Origin: Neoechinorhynchus agilis
Lineage: Eukaryota > Animalia > Acanthocephala
Length of the DNA: 64,000 bases
Direction of reading: 5' to 3'
NCBI GenBank assembly: GCA_051530055.1
Contig: CM121341.1
Span: 2,469,561-2,533,560, forward strand
The notes beneath the pieces are model-generated. The model was not told the DNA's origin. It saw only the letters and a list, made by a program, of their open reading frames with translations, and made no database searches. Positions 10,360 through 21,021 of this stretch are shown piece after piece; position 1 is the stretch's first letter; every line of letters begins with the position of its first letter. A program made the position numbers and the translations under genes.

Positions 10360-11897
10360 TAGATCTAGTCAGTTGGGCTTTAAGTTACCCAAGACAAAAT
10401 CGTCTCTATCTTTGTGGGCCACAGATCAAGATATTTATGATATGATCACTCGTACCGAAATATGAAGAGTTGGGTAAAACGAGGCACATTCTAAGATCCG
10501 ATGATTCAACTTATCTGAAACAGGTTTTCGTTGAGAAGTGTCTCGGCTTGCCTTCTGCGCCCATTATCGACAATATCAAAGTGGTCTCTCCGATCTTCTG
10601 TGATCCTCACGATTGGCTCCTTCAACTTAGGGAATTTGGTTCTACAGTGAGCAACCGGGACCGATATTCCGTGCAATTAGACCACTCTAAATTTGATGAG
10701 CATCAGTCTGGACCTCTGATTAGGTGTATTATGGTGCAACTTCTCTCACACGCTAACAAGAGGTATCCGGCCATTCTGACACCTCTAAAAGATAGCTTAT
10801 TGAGCACGTTTCTCACTCGTGCGAGTGTGGAACTTGCCGCTGGCGGTCACGTCTGTTTTCATTTGGGAGGTCTTCCTTCTGGCTGGAAATGGACAGCTCT
10901 AATAGATACCGTGTTAAACTATTCCTTGAATAGGGCTGCGATTGATATTGTAGGCCTGCCTTTGCAACCCAGTATCATGGCTCATATGGGTGACGATTCT
11001 CTCTGGTTCGTTAAAACTGACAACTTAACAACTGCTATTCAGGTTCGGTCTTTTCTAAACTGGAAGGGGTATACTCTTAACGCTTCCAAGAATTATATAT
11101 CTAATGTGTCGAGCGACTTTTTAGGCTACACTTCCACCTCTGCTCTCAGTATTCGAGGAGCGCCCTCTTGGATGATACCGACCATCGTAACTTCGCATTC
11201 GCGTATAGGTTACGAGATCCCGCCCGTGTTGCGCGCTTTTTCAGCACTGTGGAATTGGGTTATGGTTATCAAGAGGCTTGAGGGGATTGTAGCTAAGAAA
11301 GTAATGATACCGCTGCTTTTAAAGGATGTCTCAGGAATTTCCAAACGATCGACTATCGATGTCATTCATTACCTTAATACTCCGATTTCACTCGGGGTAG
11401 CCGGATTGACCGGACTATCAACTTACCTTGGATTTGAGAGCGCTAACAAAGCCATCACTCTATTGCGCGAGCCTGAATATTACGATCTGTCAAAGTTGAT
11501 TACCAAAACCACTCCTTTATCTCTTTGCTTACCTCGAATACATGCCAAACTATTCGAAACAGCGATGAATCAATATTGTGAAAGAACACTCTCCACGCGC
11601 AAGGCAGCCAATTTGTATTTTCAGCGCGTCGGCAGTGTTAAAATCAGGCGCAGCAAGTGCCCTAGTATATCGCAGTTGTTACCTGCACGCTGGAGTTTGT
11701 GTTGGTCGAGGGCAATAGAATCTACATTGAAAGAGTTAACAACTAGATCTAGATCGGTGTTTCGCCTCTTGTCATTCCGAACTAAGACACTGTATGTGCT
11801 TTTTAACAAGAGGAGACATTCATGGGCCTTGATTAGATCTTGGCTCCTTGGGCGTTTGCCTACCGTACGTAAATTCGTGTTTATCCACCGAGCTTAA
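10360..11897 (+). pseudogene. Toti-like virus RNA-dependent RNA polymerase: core intact, N-terminus disrupted
   Basis: KTKSSLSL, then a frameshift near 10446-10465, then KYEELGKTRHI...D..YLK (motif F), LDHSKFDEHQ (A), GGLPSGWKWTALIDTVLN (B), HMGDD (C), DFLGY (E) and C-terminal WLLGRLP. Confidence 0.9.
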
Positions 11898-13530
11898 CGA
11901 TATCTACCATTTTCTGGCTGACGCTAGTGACAATTTCCTTACCACAGTCAGGATATCCGCAGGAATACCTCGGAAACCCAATCTATTATCCCTTTACGGC
12001 AAGGAGCTCTTCAAAGCTAAGGCAGCGGGCGACACCAGTTCCTCTAAGTTTTGGTCATCTCTCTACTGGCCGTGCAAAGCCAGATTCCAGATCGCTCAAG
12101 ATCGCAAAATGATCAGCTCTTACCTACCCCACTCATCGGAATGGTGGAGAGTAGTAAACCGGAAGCGCTCCTTCCCATGGAAAAGGGCAGCTGCCGCCTG
12201 GATCAGAGCTTTAGGCTTTGACACAGTCATCAGTGCACTTTGCTCCGAACACTCCAACGGTGCCAGTCCGATTCCCATCGCCACTAGCTTCATACTTCCT
12301 AAACCACGGAGACTTGATCTCACCAAAAAAGATTTTTTGCAATGGTGGACCTCTAACAATCTTACCTCATGCAACGGCTCTTCAGCTTGTTTCAAAGCAA
12401 CCAACGTCTTGAGTAGGGATAACATTTCATTATTGGCCAGTGTCATGCTATTAGCCTCACCTGAAGAATGGTCCGAAATTAATATTGCGAAAAGGATTTT
12501 CCTACGCAAAGGTAAGGTTCGATCAATATCTTCTCCGGGAGATGTGAGACCAATTTCCATTCAAAACTCGCTGGTCTCCATCTATAAGAGAATCCTTGCC
12601 GGGTGGATCGTCGCCTTTTCCTGTGAGCATAATCTCATCGATAAGCGCTGCCATGGCTTCGTTCCCGGCCAATCAGTTCATTCAGCTATGAATGAAATTT
12701 TACATAATTTTGGTCAGAACCGTCGATCTATGAATATCTTGATTTTATTTGATATCAGCAAGGCATTTGACAATATCGATATTGATTTTATCATGATTGT
12801 TATGCGGTATTTTAATTTTCCTTTTAACTTCATAGCTAGGGTTCACAATACTTTGAGGTCTAAGCGGTTCTTTTTCTCGGATAACCTCCGCTGGCTCGAT
12901 CTGCTTGGCCTCTCAATACATAGTTCGAAACTGCACAGTTTGTCCGGTTGACCTGACTGCGATAATTAAGGAGCGTAACTATGTGCAAGCTCGAGCGAAA
13001 CTTGCTGCAGTACTAAAAATTGTAAAAGAAAAACTACCTCACATGGGTCTTGCCTTGAATAAAAAGAAGAATAAGTTATTAATAAAATTGAGATCTGCCT
13101 TGGTAAGCGACACATTAGAGAGTTCGTCAATGAGTTTTTAACCCTTGACTTTTTCCCAGTATACCACAGACTCTACATTCTAGGCTATACCCTCACTAGC
13201 AATTTATCAGTCTTGGCCGACATGAATACGATGAAACGCCTACTGAAAATTGCCAATGCCAAGGAAAAGCGTGCTGCCCGACTAGGCCTCAATGCAGATC
13301 TATTTGGAACTCTTGGGCTATATCTGGTCTAGTCTTCTATTCTAGAGGACGGGCGCCCGAACAACGCCAGAGCTTTCGCTGCACATTCCTGAGACTCAGT
13401 TCTGTTCTCCCCTTCGCATGGGCCAACTGCGTTGACTGGACCACCAAAGTGGACAAATGAACAGCGATCGCCAATGAATGATACGTTCGATTTATTCAAA
13501 CTATCTCACATGGTCCTTCTGCGAATAAAT
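11898..13530 (+). mobile_element. Non-LTR retrotransposon ORF2 linker plus degenerate reverse transcriptase (3' half of the split LINE)
   Basis: EWWRVVNRK linker, RKGK...DVRPISIQNSLVSIYKRILA, HGFVPGQS, LFDISKAFDNID. The PQG domain is missing and YADD is degraded (CPVDLTA). GLALNKKK and YILGYTL occur in shifted frames. AATAAA near 13523. Confidence 0.85.
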
Positions 13531-13535
13531 TTTTT

Positions 13536-14000
13536 TTGATGAGGTGTCGCAGTTTACATGTAAAAACTTTTGTGCTCCCAATCCGTAATTACGAGACGCC
13601 GCGTAGCTTGTTTTTTTTATTAATTGCATTTAATTTTTTTAATGTGATTAGACGTAATAGATCCCAATTAGTCATTTATCAAAATACCGGGACACACAAT
13701 GATCGGAATGAAGCTAAAAGATTTCTGAATAACCTGAGAGGAAATATTAGGACAAATGAATGTCACGCTTACCAAGATAATCCCAGGAGTGCTTTAAATT
13801 CACAGAAAGCGTCGAGTACACAAAGTTACGACAAGAATTATAGTAGCCGGGCACATCATCGTCGGAAAATCGAGCGTTTCTTAACAAATACAGAGAGCTC
13901 AATAACCGAACGTTGGTTGATGAATGCTGCCCACGGTTTGGAGTACTATAAAAAAAGATATGGAAGAATCATGAATTTGGAGAAGAACGTCATACAATGA
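13536..14000 (+). CDS. Hypothetical 154-aa ORF or exon
   Basis: ORF only; no motif recognised. Confidence 0.25.
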   Translation: MMRCRSLHVKTFVLPIRNYETPRSLFFLLIAFNFFNVIRRNRSQLVIYQNTGTHNDRNEAKRFLNNLRGNIRTNECHAYQDNPRSALNSQKASSTQSYDKNYSSRAHHRRKIERFLTNTESSITERWLMNAAHGLEYYKKRYGRIMNLEKNVIQ

Positions 14001-14139
14001 CGTATTTAGATGTTTAAATATATTTTTTTCATGGGACTTTAGAAATCTCCTTTTGCTGTCCACATTGAAAAAAGAAATAAAATGGTAATTTATTAAAATT
14101 CTTTATTCAAAATTGCTGCAAGGTTTGCCCGGGTGCGAA

Positions 14140-14430
14140 CTAATAATAACACGTTTATTTGTTAGTTAACAAAGAAAAGGACCATGTATCTTTGGGTCCT
14201 CATAAAAACTCGGATTTAGATTTGTTCAATGAATGCGGTTGTTGATTTTGGAGTGGATTACGGTTAGTTAAAGATAAAATCCATGAGTATGTGGAAGTGG
14301 GGAAAAATTATATATCAAAGAATAACTTTAATTGAAATATTTCGTCCAATCACAATGGACTTCTTCAGTCAATTATTGTATTCTGAGGTTTCCTCACTTT
14401 CACATACTCATGGATTTTATCTTTAACCGG
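14140..14430 (-). mobile_element. 3' end of a LINE-like element with an inverted, partly duplicated 5' segment
   Basis: The minus strand shares GTAATCCACTCCAAAATC and a terminal AAATAAACGTGTT with 47260-47326. A ~40-bp inverted repeat lies at 14267-14306 / 14388-14427. Confidence 0.5.
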
Positions 14431-14769
14431 AATTATGTTCACCATCATTTAATTTCTTAAAGCGATTTTTAATTCTAAAAATCAACTATTCTAAGTTTCA
14501 TGCGTATGAAACAATTTTAATAAAATTCGAAAAAAAATCAATAATAACGTCCACAACGACAACAACACATTTCTTCTTGTTTACCAAAATCGCCTTCTTT
14601 ACATTCATTGTTTCCTTCAGACGAATGCGTCAACCGTTCAGCAACTTCTTTCAAATTCGATTTCTTGTAGAACTTCCCGTAATCATCCATAGTTGTTGAA
14701 TAATCATGAAAAATCCCTCCAGGCCTCATTTCTAAGGCCACAATGAAATACGGCACCAGCACGTCATCG

Positions 14770-14782
14770 GTTGCCTAGCAAC
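14770..14782. promoter_or_regulatory. RFX X-box (GTTGCCTAGCAAC)
   Basis: Exact fit to GTYRCC-N1-RGYAAC, next to ACGTCA (a CRE half-site on the minus strand), upstream of the 15376 exon. Confidence 0.55.
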
Positions 14783-15014
14783 ATGAAACCTATGAACTGG
14801 TCAAACACCGAAAAGGATCAAAAACTTGAAATTTCCACATTTTAAACAAAATAAGAATACATCGAAGACTTTATCTTCGTTCTTTCGTAAATTTACGTAA
14901 CGATGACACAACACCCGGAAATGGATTTTTTTAAATAAGAAGCAATATTAAACGTTCAATTCCCCGATAAAAGTGCAGCGTTTATTTAGTTTAATTGGCA
15001 TATTTTACAAAATG

Positions 15015-15326
15015 AGATATTTCAAAATTGACAGCTTCCTCAATCATCTAAAAAGGTTTTAGTTATTTTCTATCTCACGGGATTATGATCACTACATCTC
15101 CAAATCTTTAATCACGAAGGATTTTACTGTTTATTATTAGTTTCTTTGAAGATGTTGGAATCTTAATTCCTCTTGGATAAGAAATCGTTTATTTAGATAT
15201 TTCAAAATTGACAGCTTCCTCAGTCATCTAAAAAGGTTTTAGTTATTTTCTATCTCACGGGATTATGATCACTACATCTCCAAATCTTTAATCACGAAGG
15301 ATTTTACTGTTTATTATTAGTTTCTT
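15015..15326. repeat. Direct duplication of ~132 bp (15015-15146 and 15195-15326; period 180 bp)
   Basis: Near-identical sequence, seen directly. Confidence 0.9.
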
Positions 15327-15375
15327 AAATGATTAAACAGGGAGTGTGTCAAAATCCATCCTTTGATTTCATTAG

Positions 15376-16890
15376 ATGCCGTCTTCTTCTCATGAATCAA
15401 ATCTGTCATCTTCTGTTAATTTGAACACTACACCTTCTCCAAACCGCGAATCTAGCCTCGTAACAGTAATCTCCCCGTCTCTCTTGTGCGATTCATCAGC
15501 TTCAAGGTTGGAGAATGCTTCAGTTGACTCAGTGAAAGACTTTGTTACTGTCTTAGAAAATCATTTGGAGAATTTCTTGAAGGAAACAATGATCAGTCGA
15601 CTTAAAGAAGCGTTTTTACGGTCGAAAATTGTGAAACCGTTGATGGACCCGTCGTATACAGCATCGGAAAAGACCGTATTTTGTTTGAAGGAATCTCTCC
15701 ATGAGCACTTGGAACGGTTGATTGGTGAAATCGACACAAGAATTCCCCTGGATGAATATTTTGAAAAGTTACTGAAATCCATGAACCCGTTAGAGGTTTG
15801 CGAGCATGCTGAAAAGGCCTTACTTGAAATTTGTCCGAATTTGTTTGACACTGTAGTAACTGGAGGCGGTTTGGTTGATACTAAGTTCGACAATATTGTC
15901 TTGGATTGTATAAAACGCGTTATGAGTATTTTAGAATCGTTATCTGACGATAGACTGACTACTGGGCTCAAAGACGTTTCTAAATTTTTTGGAAATTTGA
16001 CATGTTCGGACGGCGAGATGAGTCTGATCGATGGAAATCAATTTAATCTTAGTAAAGTTGAGATGCCGTCGTGGGTACGAAAGTTTGCAGCCGCTAGCAC
16101 CGTTCGAAAAAAGCTTCAACAAGAACACGTACCGAGTTTTCTTGACGACGTTCCACTAATCGGTGACATGACCGTTAATCCGATTGATCAATCTTTTGCA
16201 ATGATGTTAAATGGATTTATAGGTGAAAAATCGGCAGCATGTGAATCGAAGAAACTTATCGATATGTCTGTTAACGAATTGGATGAGAGAATCACTGGTC
16301 ACAAAACGAACGGAGGTGAACAAGGAGAAGATTGTCTAAAGGAAATCACACAAACTTTGTCGTTGAGGATTAATGAAAATACTCAAAAGATCGATAGATT
16401 AGCGCATAACATCGATATTGCAGAGAAACTTGAGATTGTGATAAAGGCACTTCAGTCAAATCAAAAGACGTGCATTCATCATGATGAATGTATTCAGGTT
16501 GATGTTACCCAAGCGACTATGACGGACGCTTGTATCGGTCCAGATTATATTGTTAGTTCGGATTTGGGTACAAACACAAGTCCAGTTCTCACTCGAAATG
16601 TAAAACTTGGACAAACTCCAATTAAAAATAAAGACGTTTCAATAAACACAAGGAAAAGCTTATCAGTTAATACGAATAAAGAATCATCTCCTTTACGATC
16701 TACCAGAACTGAATGTGGAATTCAAATATGCTCGCAGGGCTCGGATGTAAAAAGTTTGCAGGATGCAGTCGAGAAGTTAAAACAGGACAAAAGGACAATG
16801 CTTTCTACAATGCAGCAACTTCATCAGCTAAATAAACGATTAAAAAATGAAAATGATCGATACAAACTTCCATCGAAAGCGAATCAGTGA
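15376..16890 (+). CDS. 504-aa low-complexity protein or large exon with a C-terminal coiled coil
   Basis: Long ORF preceded directly by TTTCATTAG (acceptor-like). Heptad-like C-terminus (LQDAVEKLKQDKRTMLSTMQQLHQLNKRLKNENDRYK). Confidence 0.6.
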   Translation: MPSSSHESNLSSSVNLNTTPSPNRESSLVTVISPSLLCDSSASRLENASVDSVKDFVTVLENHLENFLKETMISRLKEAFLRSKIVKPLMDPSYTASEKTVFCLKESLHEHLERLIGEIDTRIPLDEYFEKLLKSMNPLEVCEHAEKALLEICPNLFDTVVTGGGLVDTKFDNIVLDCIKRVMSILESLSDDRLTTGLKDVSKFFGNLTCSDGEMSLIDGNQFNLSKVEMPSWVRKFAAASTVRKKLQQEHVPSFLDDVPLIGDMTVNPIDQSFAMMLNGFIGEKSAACESKKLIDMSVNELDERITGHKTNGGEQGEDCLKEITQTLSLRINENTQKIDRLAHNIDIAEKLEIVIKALQSNQKTCIHHDECIQVDVTQATMTDACIGPDYIVSSDLGTNTSPVLTRNVKLGQTPIKNKDVSINTRKSLSVNTNKESSPLRSTRTECGIQICSQGSDVKSLQDAVEKLKQDKRTMLSTMQQLHQLNKRLKNENDRYKLPSKANQ

Positions 16891-17132
16891 CTACGATGAA
16901 AATTGCAGTAAATTTGTGCTCACGCTTAGTTCCCTCGCGATATCGGATATTAAAGCTCAATAATGTAAACCTTTTTGTTGTTTCGTTCAATACTCGCGTC
17001 TCTGACTCCTATTAAATTCCTAATATATAGTTAATTTGGCTTTATTTTGAAAAAAATCTAATATGCTCAAGATCAGCCATTCAAAATAGTTTCTTGCTAA
17101 TACATTTTAACTCTTTATTCATTGAAATAACA

Positions 17133-17909
17133 TTAAATGCTTTCTTTATATCCAAAATCGGATTCGCTCTCAACAGTGCTGTCGTAATCGGAGATACCGT
17201 CAGTACTACTTCTCTTTGAAACGTTCTGAATAGAATTTAGGACAATTCCGTCCACTCGATTAATCCAAGAATCAAACTCTTCCGATTCGGATAACTGTTC
17301 GTAAATTACATTCGCCGAGACGTTTTGAGGAAATCCCTTTTTCAATGAACTACCTTGTCTAGTTTCGCTTCGTTTAATCGCAGATCGATTTTGTGAAGAA
17401 TCACGACCGTAGCGTGGACCAGGCGATTGGCGAATATCGTTCTCGCCGTTGAACTGTTGGTTCTCACGATTTACTGACTTCTTTCGATCAGGCTTCGAAC
17501 CATCGCTTTTCCTATTAGATTCTCTCACATCTTTATCAAGAATCCGTCTTGGACCGTCGCTTTTCCTATTAGATTCTCTCACTTCTTTATCAGGAATCCG
17601 TCTTGGACCATCGCTTTTCCTATTAGATTCTCTTACCTCTTTATCAGGAATCCGTCTTGGACCATCGCGTTTCCTATTAGATTCTCTTACCTCTTTATCA
17701 GGAATCCGTCTTGGACCATGGCTTTTTCGTTCGGATTCTCGTACATTACTGTTCTGTTCTTTTGAGTTTGAGAAAAGAAACTCCTTAATGGCATTCTGTT
17801 CAGCATCGCGAAATGCAATCGGCAGAAGATGAATGTCTCCAATATACATTGGAACAAGGCGATCAAAGAAACGTACACCACAGCGCTTCAAGAGACAATT
17901 CTCGTTCAT
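17133..17909 (-). CDS. 258-aa charged protein or exon with 18-aa tandem repeats
   Basis: About 4.5 copies of KSDGPRRIPDKEVRESNR, a 54-bp unit at ~17495-17740. Confidence 0.55.
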   Translation of the reverse strand: MNENCLLKRCGVRFFDRLVPMYIGDIHLLPIAFRDAEQNAIKEFLFSNSKEQNSNVRESERKSHGPRRIPDKEVRESNRKRDGPRRIPDKEVRESNRKSDGPRRIPDKEVRESNRKSDGPRRILDKDVRESNRKSDGSKPDRKKSVNRENQQFNGENDIRQSPGPRYGRDSSQNRSAIKRSETRQGSSLKKGFPQNVSANVIYEQLSESEEFDSWINRVDGIVLNSIQNVSKRSSTDGISDYDSTVESESDFGYKESI

Positions 17910-18241
17910 TTAAACTTCAATCGATTCCCATGACTTTCATCATTTTATTCTTGTGGTTGCCCAAGCAACAGATTGTTAAAAAATTCACCAAATTTACAAT
18001 GTTTTTCCCCAGGACAAAAACAGAGATTTGGCGATTAAAGGATACCCTAAAATGTAATTAACTTCACGGGGGAAATTCACAAAAGTTTTTGGTGCATTTT
18101 GAAGAGTTGAAATATATTACACTTTTTATTTTGTTCGGTATAAATTATGAGCGCCCGCCCGATTGCCACTTTGCGCAACGAAATCTAAAAGCTTTTCGAG
18201 TAAAGATTTGTGCTTATTTTAGGGAACTTTAAAAACGCGTT

Positions 18242-19231
18242 TTAACAAGCGTCCATACTAATAATGTCGATAAACTCATTGTTGGCTACGATGTGATTGT
18301 TCAAATCGCAGAATCCATCGTACGTGCGATTGTCAGATCCACAAATCGATTCTTGTCTTTCACGACACATTTTCGATTGTTTAATTCTTGATGGATCGTA
18401 ACAGACTGGAATGCTGTTAGATCGACTTCTGTACTCAAAACAAGAATCTGATTGACAAAGAGCTTCTTTACACGTAACTCCTTTACGACATGGACCAAAG
18501 TAGGCCAATTGACGCGGCTGACCGTTCCTACGGCCAGTGTTTAGCAAGTAACATTGATTGATGTGAGTTTCATTTTCCGTGTCACAAACTGGACTAAAGT
18601 CTTCGCAATCTTTTGAACTCTGTTTTTTCACACAAGACGGTCTTTTGTCTATCAGAGACCGGAGACATATTTGACTCAATGATTGACAATAAGTCTCAGA
18701 ACAGTCCGATGAACAAAGTCCGAAATGTGCAACTTGAACGTTCTTATACATTTCCCGATTCGAGAATTTCATCTTCATAAAAGAGCAAAAACTTGCATGA
18801 TTATTTCCCAATGTGTCACAAAGTCGTTTTGGTTCATAAAAGAAACTCTCGTGCTCTCCCGTCAAACATTTTTGATAATTAAACTCTGTACATTCATATC
18901 GCATATTTAATTCACGAACCTTTTGGGTCAAATAGTCGTCCAAGCAGCCGGCACACGTGACTTGAAGACATCTTCCATTACTATAAATATTGCTTATTTC
19001 AAGGATTAACTTAGAAATATTCTGTTTAATCGTCAGTTCATGACTAAGCGTAAAATACGGTCCGCCAAAACTCGCAATATCTTTATAGGCCATACACTCA
19101 AATCGAGTCATTAATTTACGATTTACGGGAATGCTGCATTGTGATTCGCTGGATCTTCGTAGAAAACAGTGTCCACAGAGTTCTAAATTAAAGGGAGCTT
19201 CACTTCTAGTTAAGTAAAAAGATTTTCGCAT
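18242..19231 (-). CDS. Cysteine-rich extracellular protein with Kazal/follistatin-like domains
   Basis: PVCDTENETHINQCYL...LAYFGPC and ICGSDNRTYDGFCDL are Kazal-type motifs; the first resembles RECK-type Kazal domains. Confidence 0.6.
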   Translation of the reverse strand: MRKSFYLTRSEAPFNLELCGHCFLRRSSESQCSIPVNRKLMTRFECMAYKDIASFGGPYFTLSHELTIKQNISKLILEISNIYSNGRCLQVTCAGCLDDYLTQKVRELNMRYECTEFNYQKCLTGEHESFFYEPKRLCDTLGNNHASFCSFMKMKFSNREMYKNVQVAHFGLCSSDCSETYCQSLSQICLRSLIDKRPSCVKKQSSKDCEDFSPVCDTENETHINQCYLLNTGRRNGQPRQLAYFGPCRKGVTCKEALCQSDSCFEYRSRSNSIPVCYDPSRIKQSKMCRERQESICGSDNRTYDGFCDLNNHIVANNEFIDIISMDAC

Positions 19232-19269
19232 AAATATGAGAGAGAGGAATATTACGAGGACGCTGAGTT

Positions 19270-19986
19270 TTAATTGACTTTTGAATAAACTGTAAAAATG
19301 AAGCTCCTTTTACGGAATTCTATTGGAAGATTCGTCATTCGATTTCGACATCTTCCACTAACCTTTTGGTCGACTGCATCGATTCCGGATAATTTTGATC
19401 GAATTACAATCCATTGATGGTCGCAACTATTGCATCCATGCTCGTGATTCAGTTCGAAACGATCAAGGGAATGTAGATAATCGAAAAGATCCATTGTAAG
19501 ATCTTTGAGGTTCGTATGAAAGAGTTTGAGCCATCGGATTTTTGTTTGATGTCGAAAAATGCTTAAACTTAAAACGCCGGTATTTAAAATTGCAAGATAT
19601 TCTAGGTTTTTGAATGGACTTCGCAACAAGTCCGTGACGTTCACACGACAGCTATCGATGGCTAAAGTGTGAATGGTGGATTGCGATCCCCGAAATCTGG
19701 AATCAATAATAATTTGACATCTTGAAAAGATATAAACGGTTGTTAGAAATAACCACTTTTCGTTCTTTAGAACAAAATTTGTGTTTTGAAGACGAATGGC
19801 ATTGACGTTCGGTTCGTAATTTTTCGCTACTTTTGTTGGTGAAAATCGATTTGAGAATTCACAATGAAGGATTGGCTTTATTATGAATGTATTGTCATCA
19901 ATGGACAAAGGACTCTTTAGTATTTGACATTCGGATTGAACATCGATTGGAAATACCAAAATAAGAATTGCGGTTACGCAAATCAT
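19270..19986 (-). CDS. Signal-peptide-bearing leucine-rich-repeat-like protein
   Basis: Hydrophobic N-terminus MICVTAILILVFP; LRR-like LEYLAILNT, IRWLKLFHTNLKDL, LHSLDRFEL; LRRCT-like CNSCDHQWI. Confidence 0.45.
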   Translation of the reverse strand: MICVTAILILVFPIDVQSECQILKSPLSIDDNTFIIKPILHCEFSNRFSPTKVAKNYEPNVNAIRLQNTNFVLKNEKWLFLTTVYIFSRCQIIIDSRFRGSQSTIHTLAIDSCRVNVTDLLRSPFKNLEYLAILNTGVLSLSIFRHQTKIRWLKLFHTNLKDLTMDLFDYLHSLDRFELNHEHGCNSCDHQWIVIRSKLSGIDAVDQKVSGRCRNRMTNLPIEFRKRSFIFTVYSKVN

Positions 19987-20389
19987 TGAGATAATTTGTG
20001 TTTTTTATCCATGGAAGCCTCCAAGCGCAATATTTTCTGAATCATCAATCATTCGCAAAAGTGACATTTTTGGCAATTCATGCATAAATCTTTTTCATTA
20101 TTGTTTTTTCCCTTTAAAGTAAATCAGAACCGAGTTTTTAATCTCGTCGTTTTATTCGAAAAGTAAAATTTAGCAGCAGTATTTTCAACTTAAAAACTTG
20201 CAATGTTCTCCCAAGTTTATAATTTGGTAGATACAGAAATTAACTGTTTAAATCGCGAAATGTTCTGCTCATTCGATACTAAAAAGCCCTTTGTCCGCCG
20301 ATGACAACACATTCATAATAAAGTTAATCCTTTTTTTCTAGATTGTGTTCTTTATTTTAACTTTACAAAAATAGTTTATAAACATTCAC

Positions 20390-21021
20390 GGCGCTGCTTT
20401 GAATCACTATGCTGCCGTCCTGGTCAAATGGACGAAAGGACGGATGTAGCGTTCCCAAGTTGCAGAGCCAGGCTTTTGTTTTGCAGAAGGAATGCTCCTG
20501 CCCTCGCATTTTCAGTGATTCATCTAAATCGCTTGGACAATTGATTGACCACGTCTTGAGCCGCCGTACCAAACGACCCGAGTGCCTCGACCCCAAAGGG
20601 AACGAAATAATGAATTTGACCCAAGTACCTGTATTTGGTCTTTTTTGCGATCCTCTGAGGAGGTTACTGCTCTCCCTTCGGTTTAAGGGCGGCGAATTTT
20701 ACGTTGCTGGCTGGCGTCCCAGAGAACCCATTTGCTTCCCCTCGGCACGGGAATACTGTGACATCATCTGGAGGTATTCATAGAATTTAGGGCCTTCGGA
20801 GTATCGAGACTACCTCCCGCCTGATTGCCTGCAGACGGGACCATGGCGACCCGGTTGCTCCACGGTGGCTCCGTAAGGGCAACGACAGGATGTTGGTATC
20901 CCAAGTCTCAGTGGACAATGCAATCCTTACTGTCTCGTCGGAGAGTACCAACAGAAGATGCAGCCAATGGAGTTCGGTTCACAAATCCTGTTGAGAAGCC
21001 CCGTCATGTGGTATCCTTGGT
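20390..21021 (-). mobile_element. Degenerate 3' portion of a CRE-like (RLE endonuclease) non-LTR retrotransposon
   Basis: Minus-strand frames give RLGIPTSCRCPYG...GRHGPVC (zinc knuckle), IPVPRGSKWVLWDAS, and KYRYLGQIHYFVPFGVEALGSFG...FLLQNKSLALQLGNATSVL. Confidence 0.75.

Noticed and set aside
14538-14762. 74-aa ORF with faint resemblance to a Harbinger transposase N-terminus
   Set aside because: Too short and weak; no DDE region or terminal inverted repeats found.
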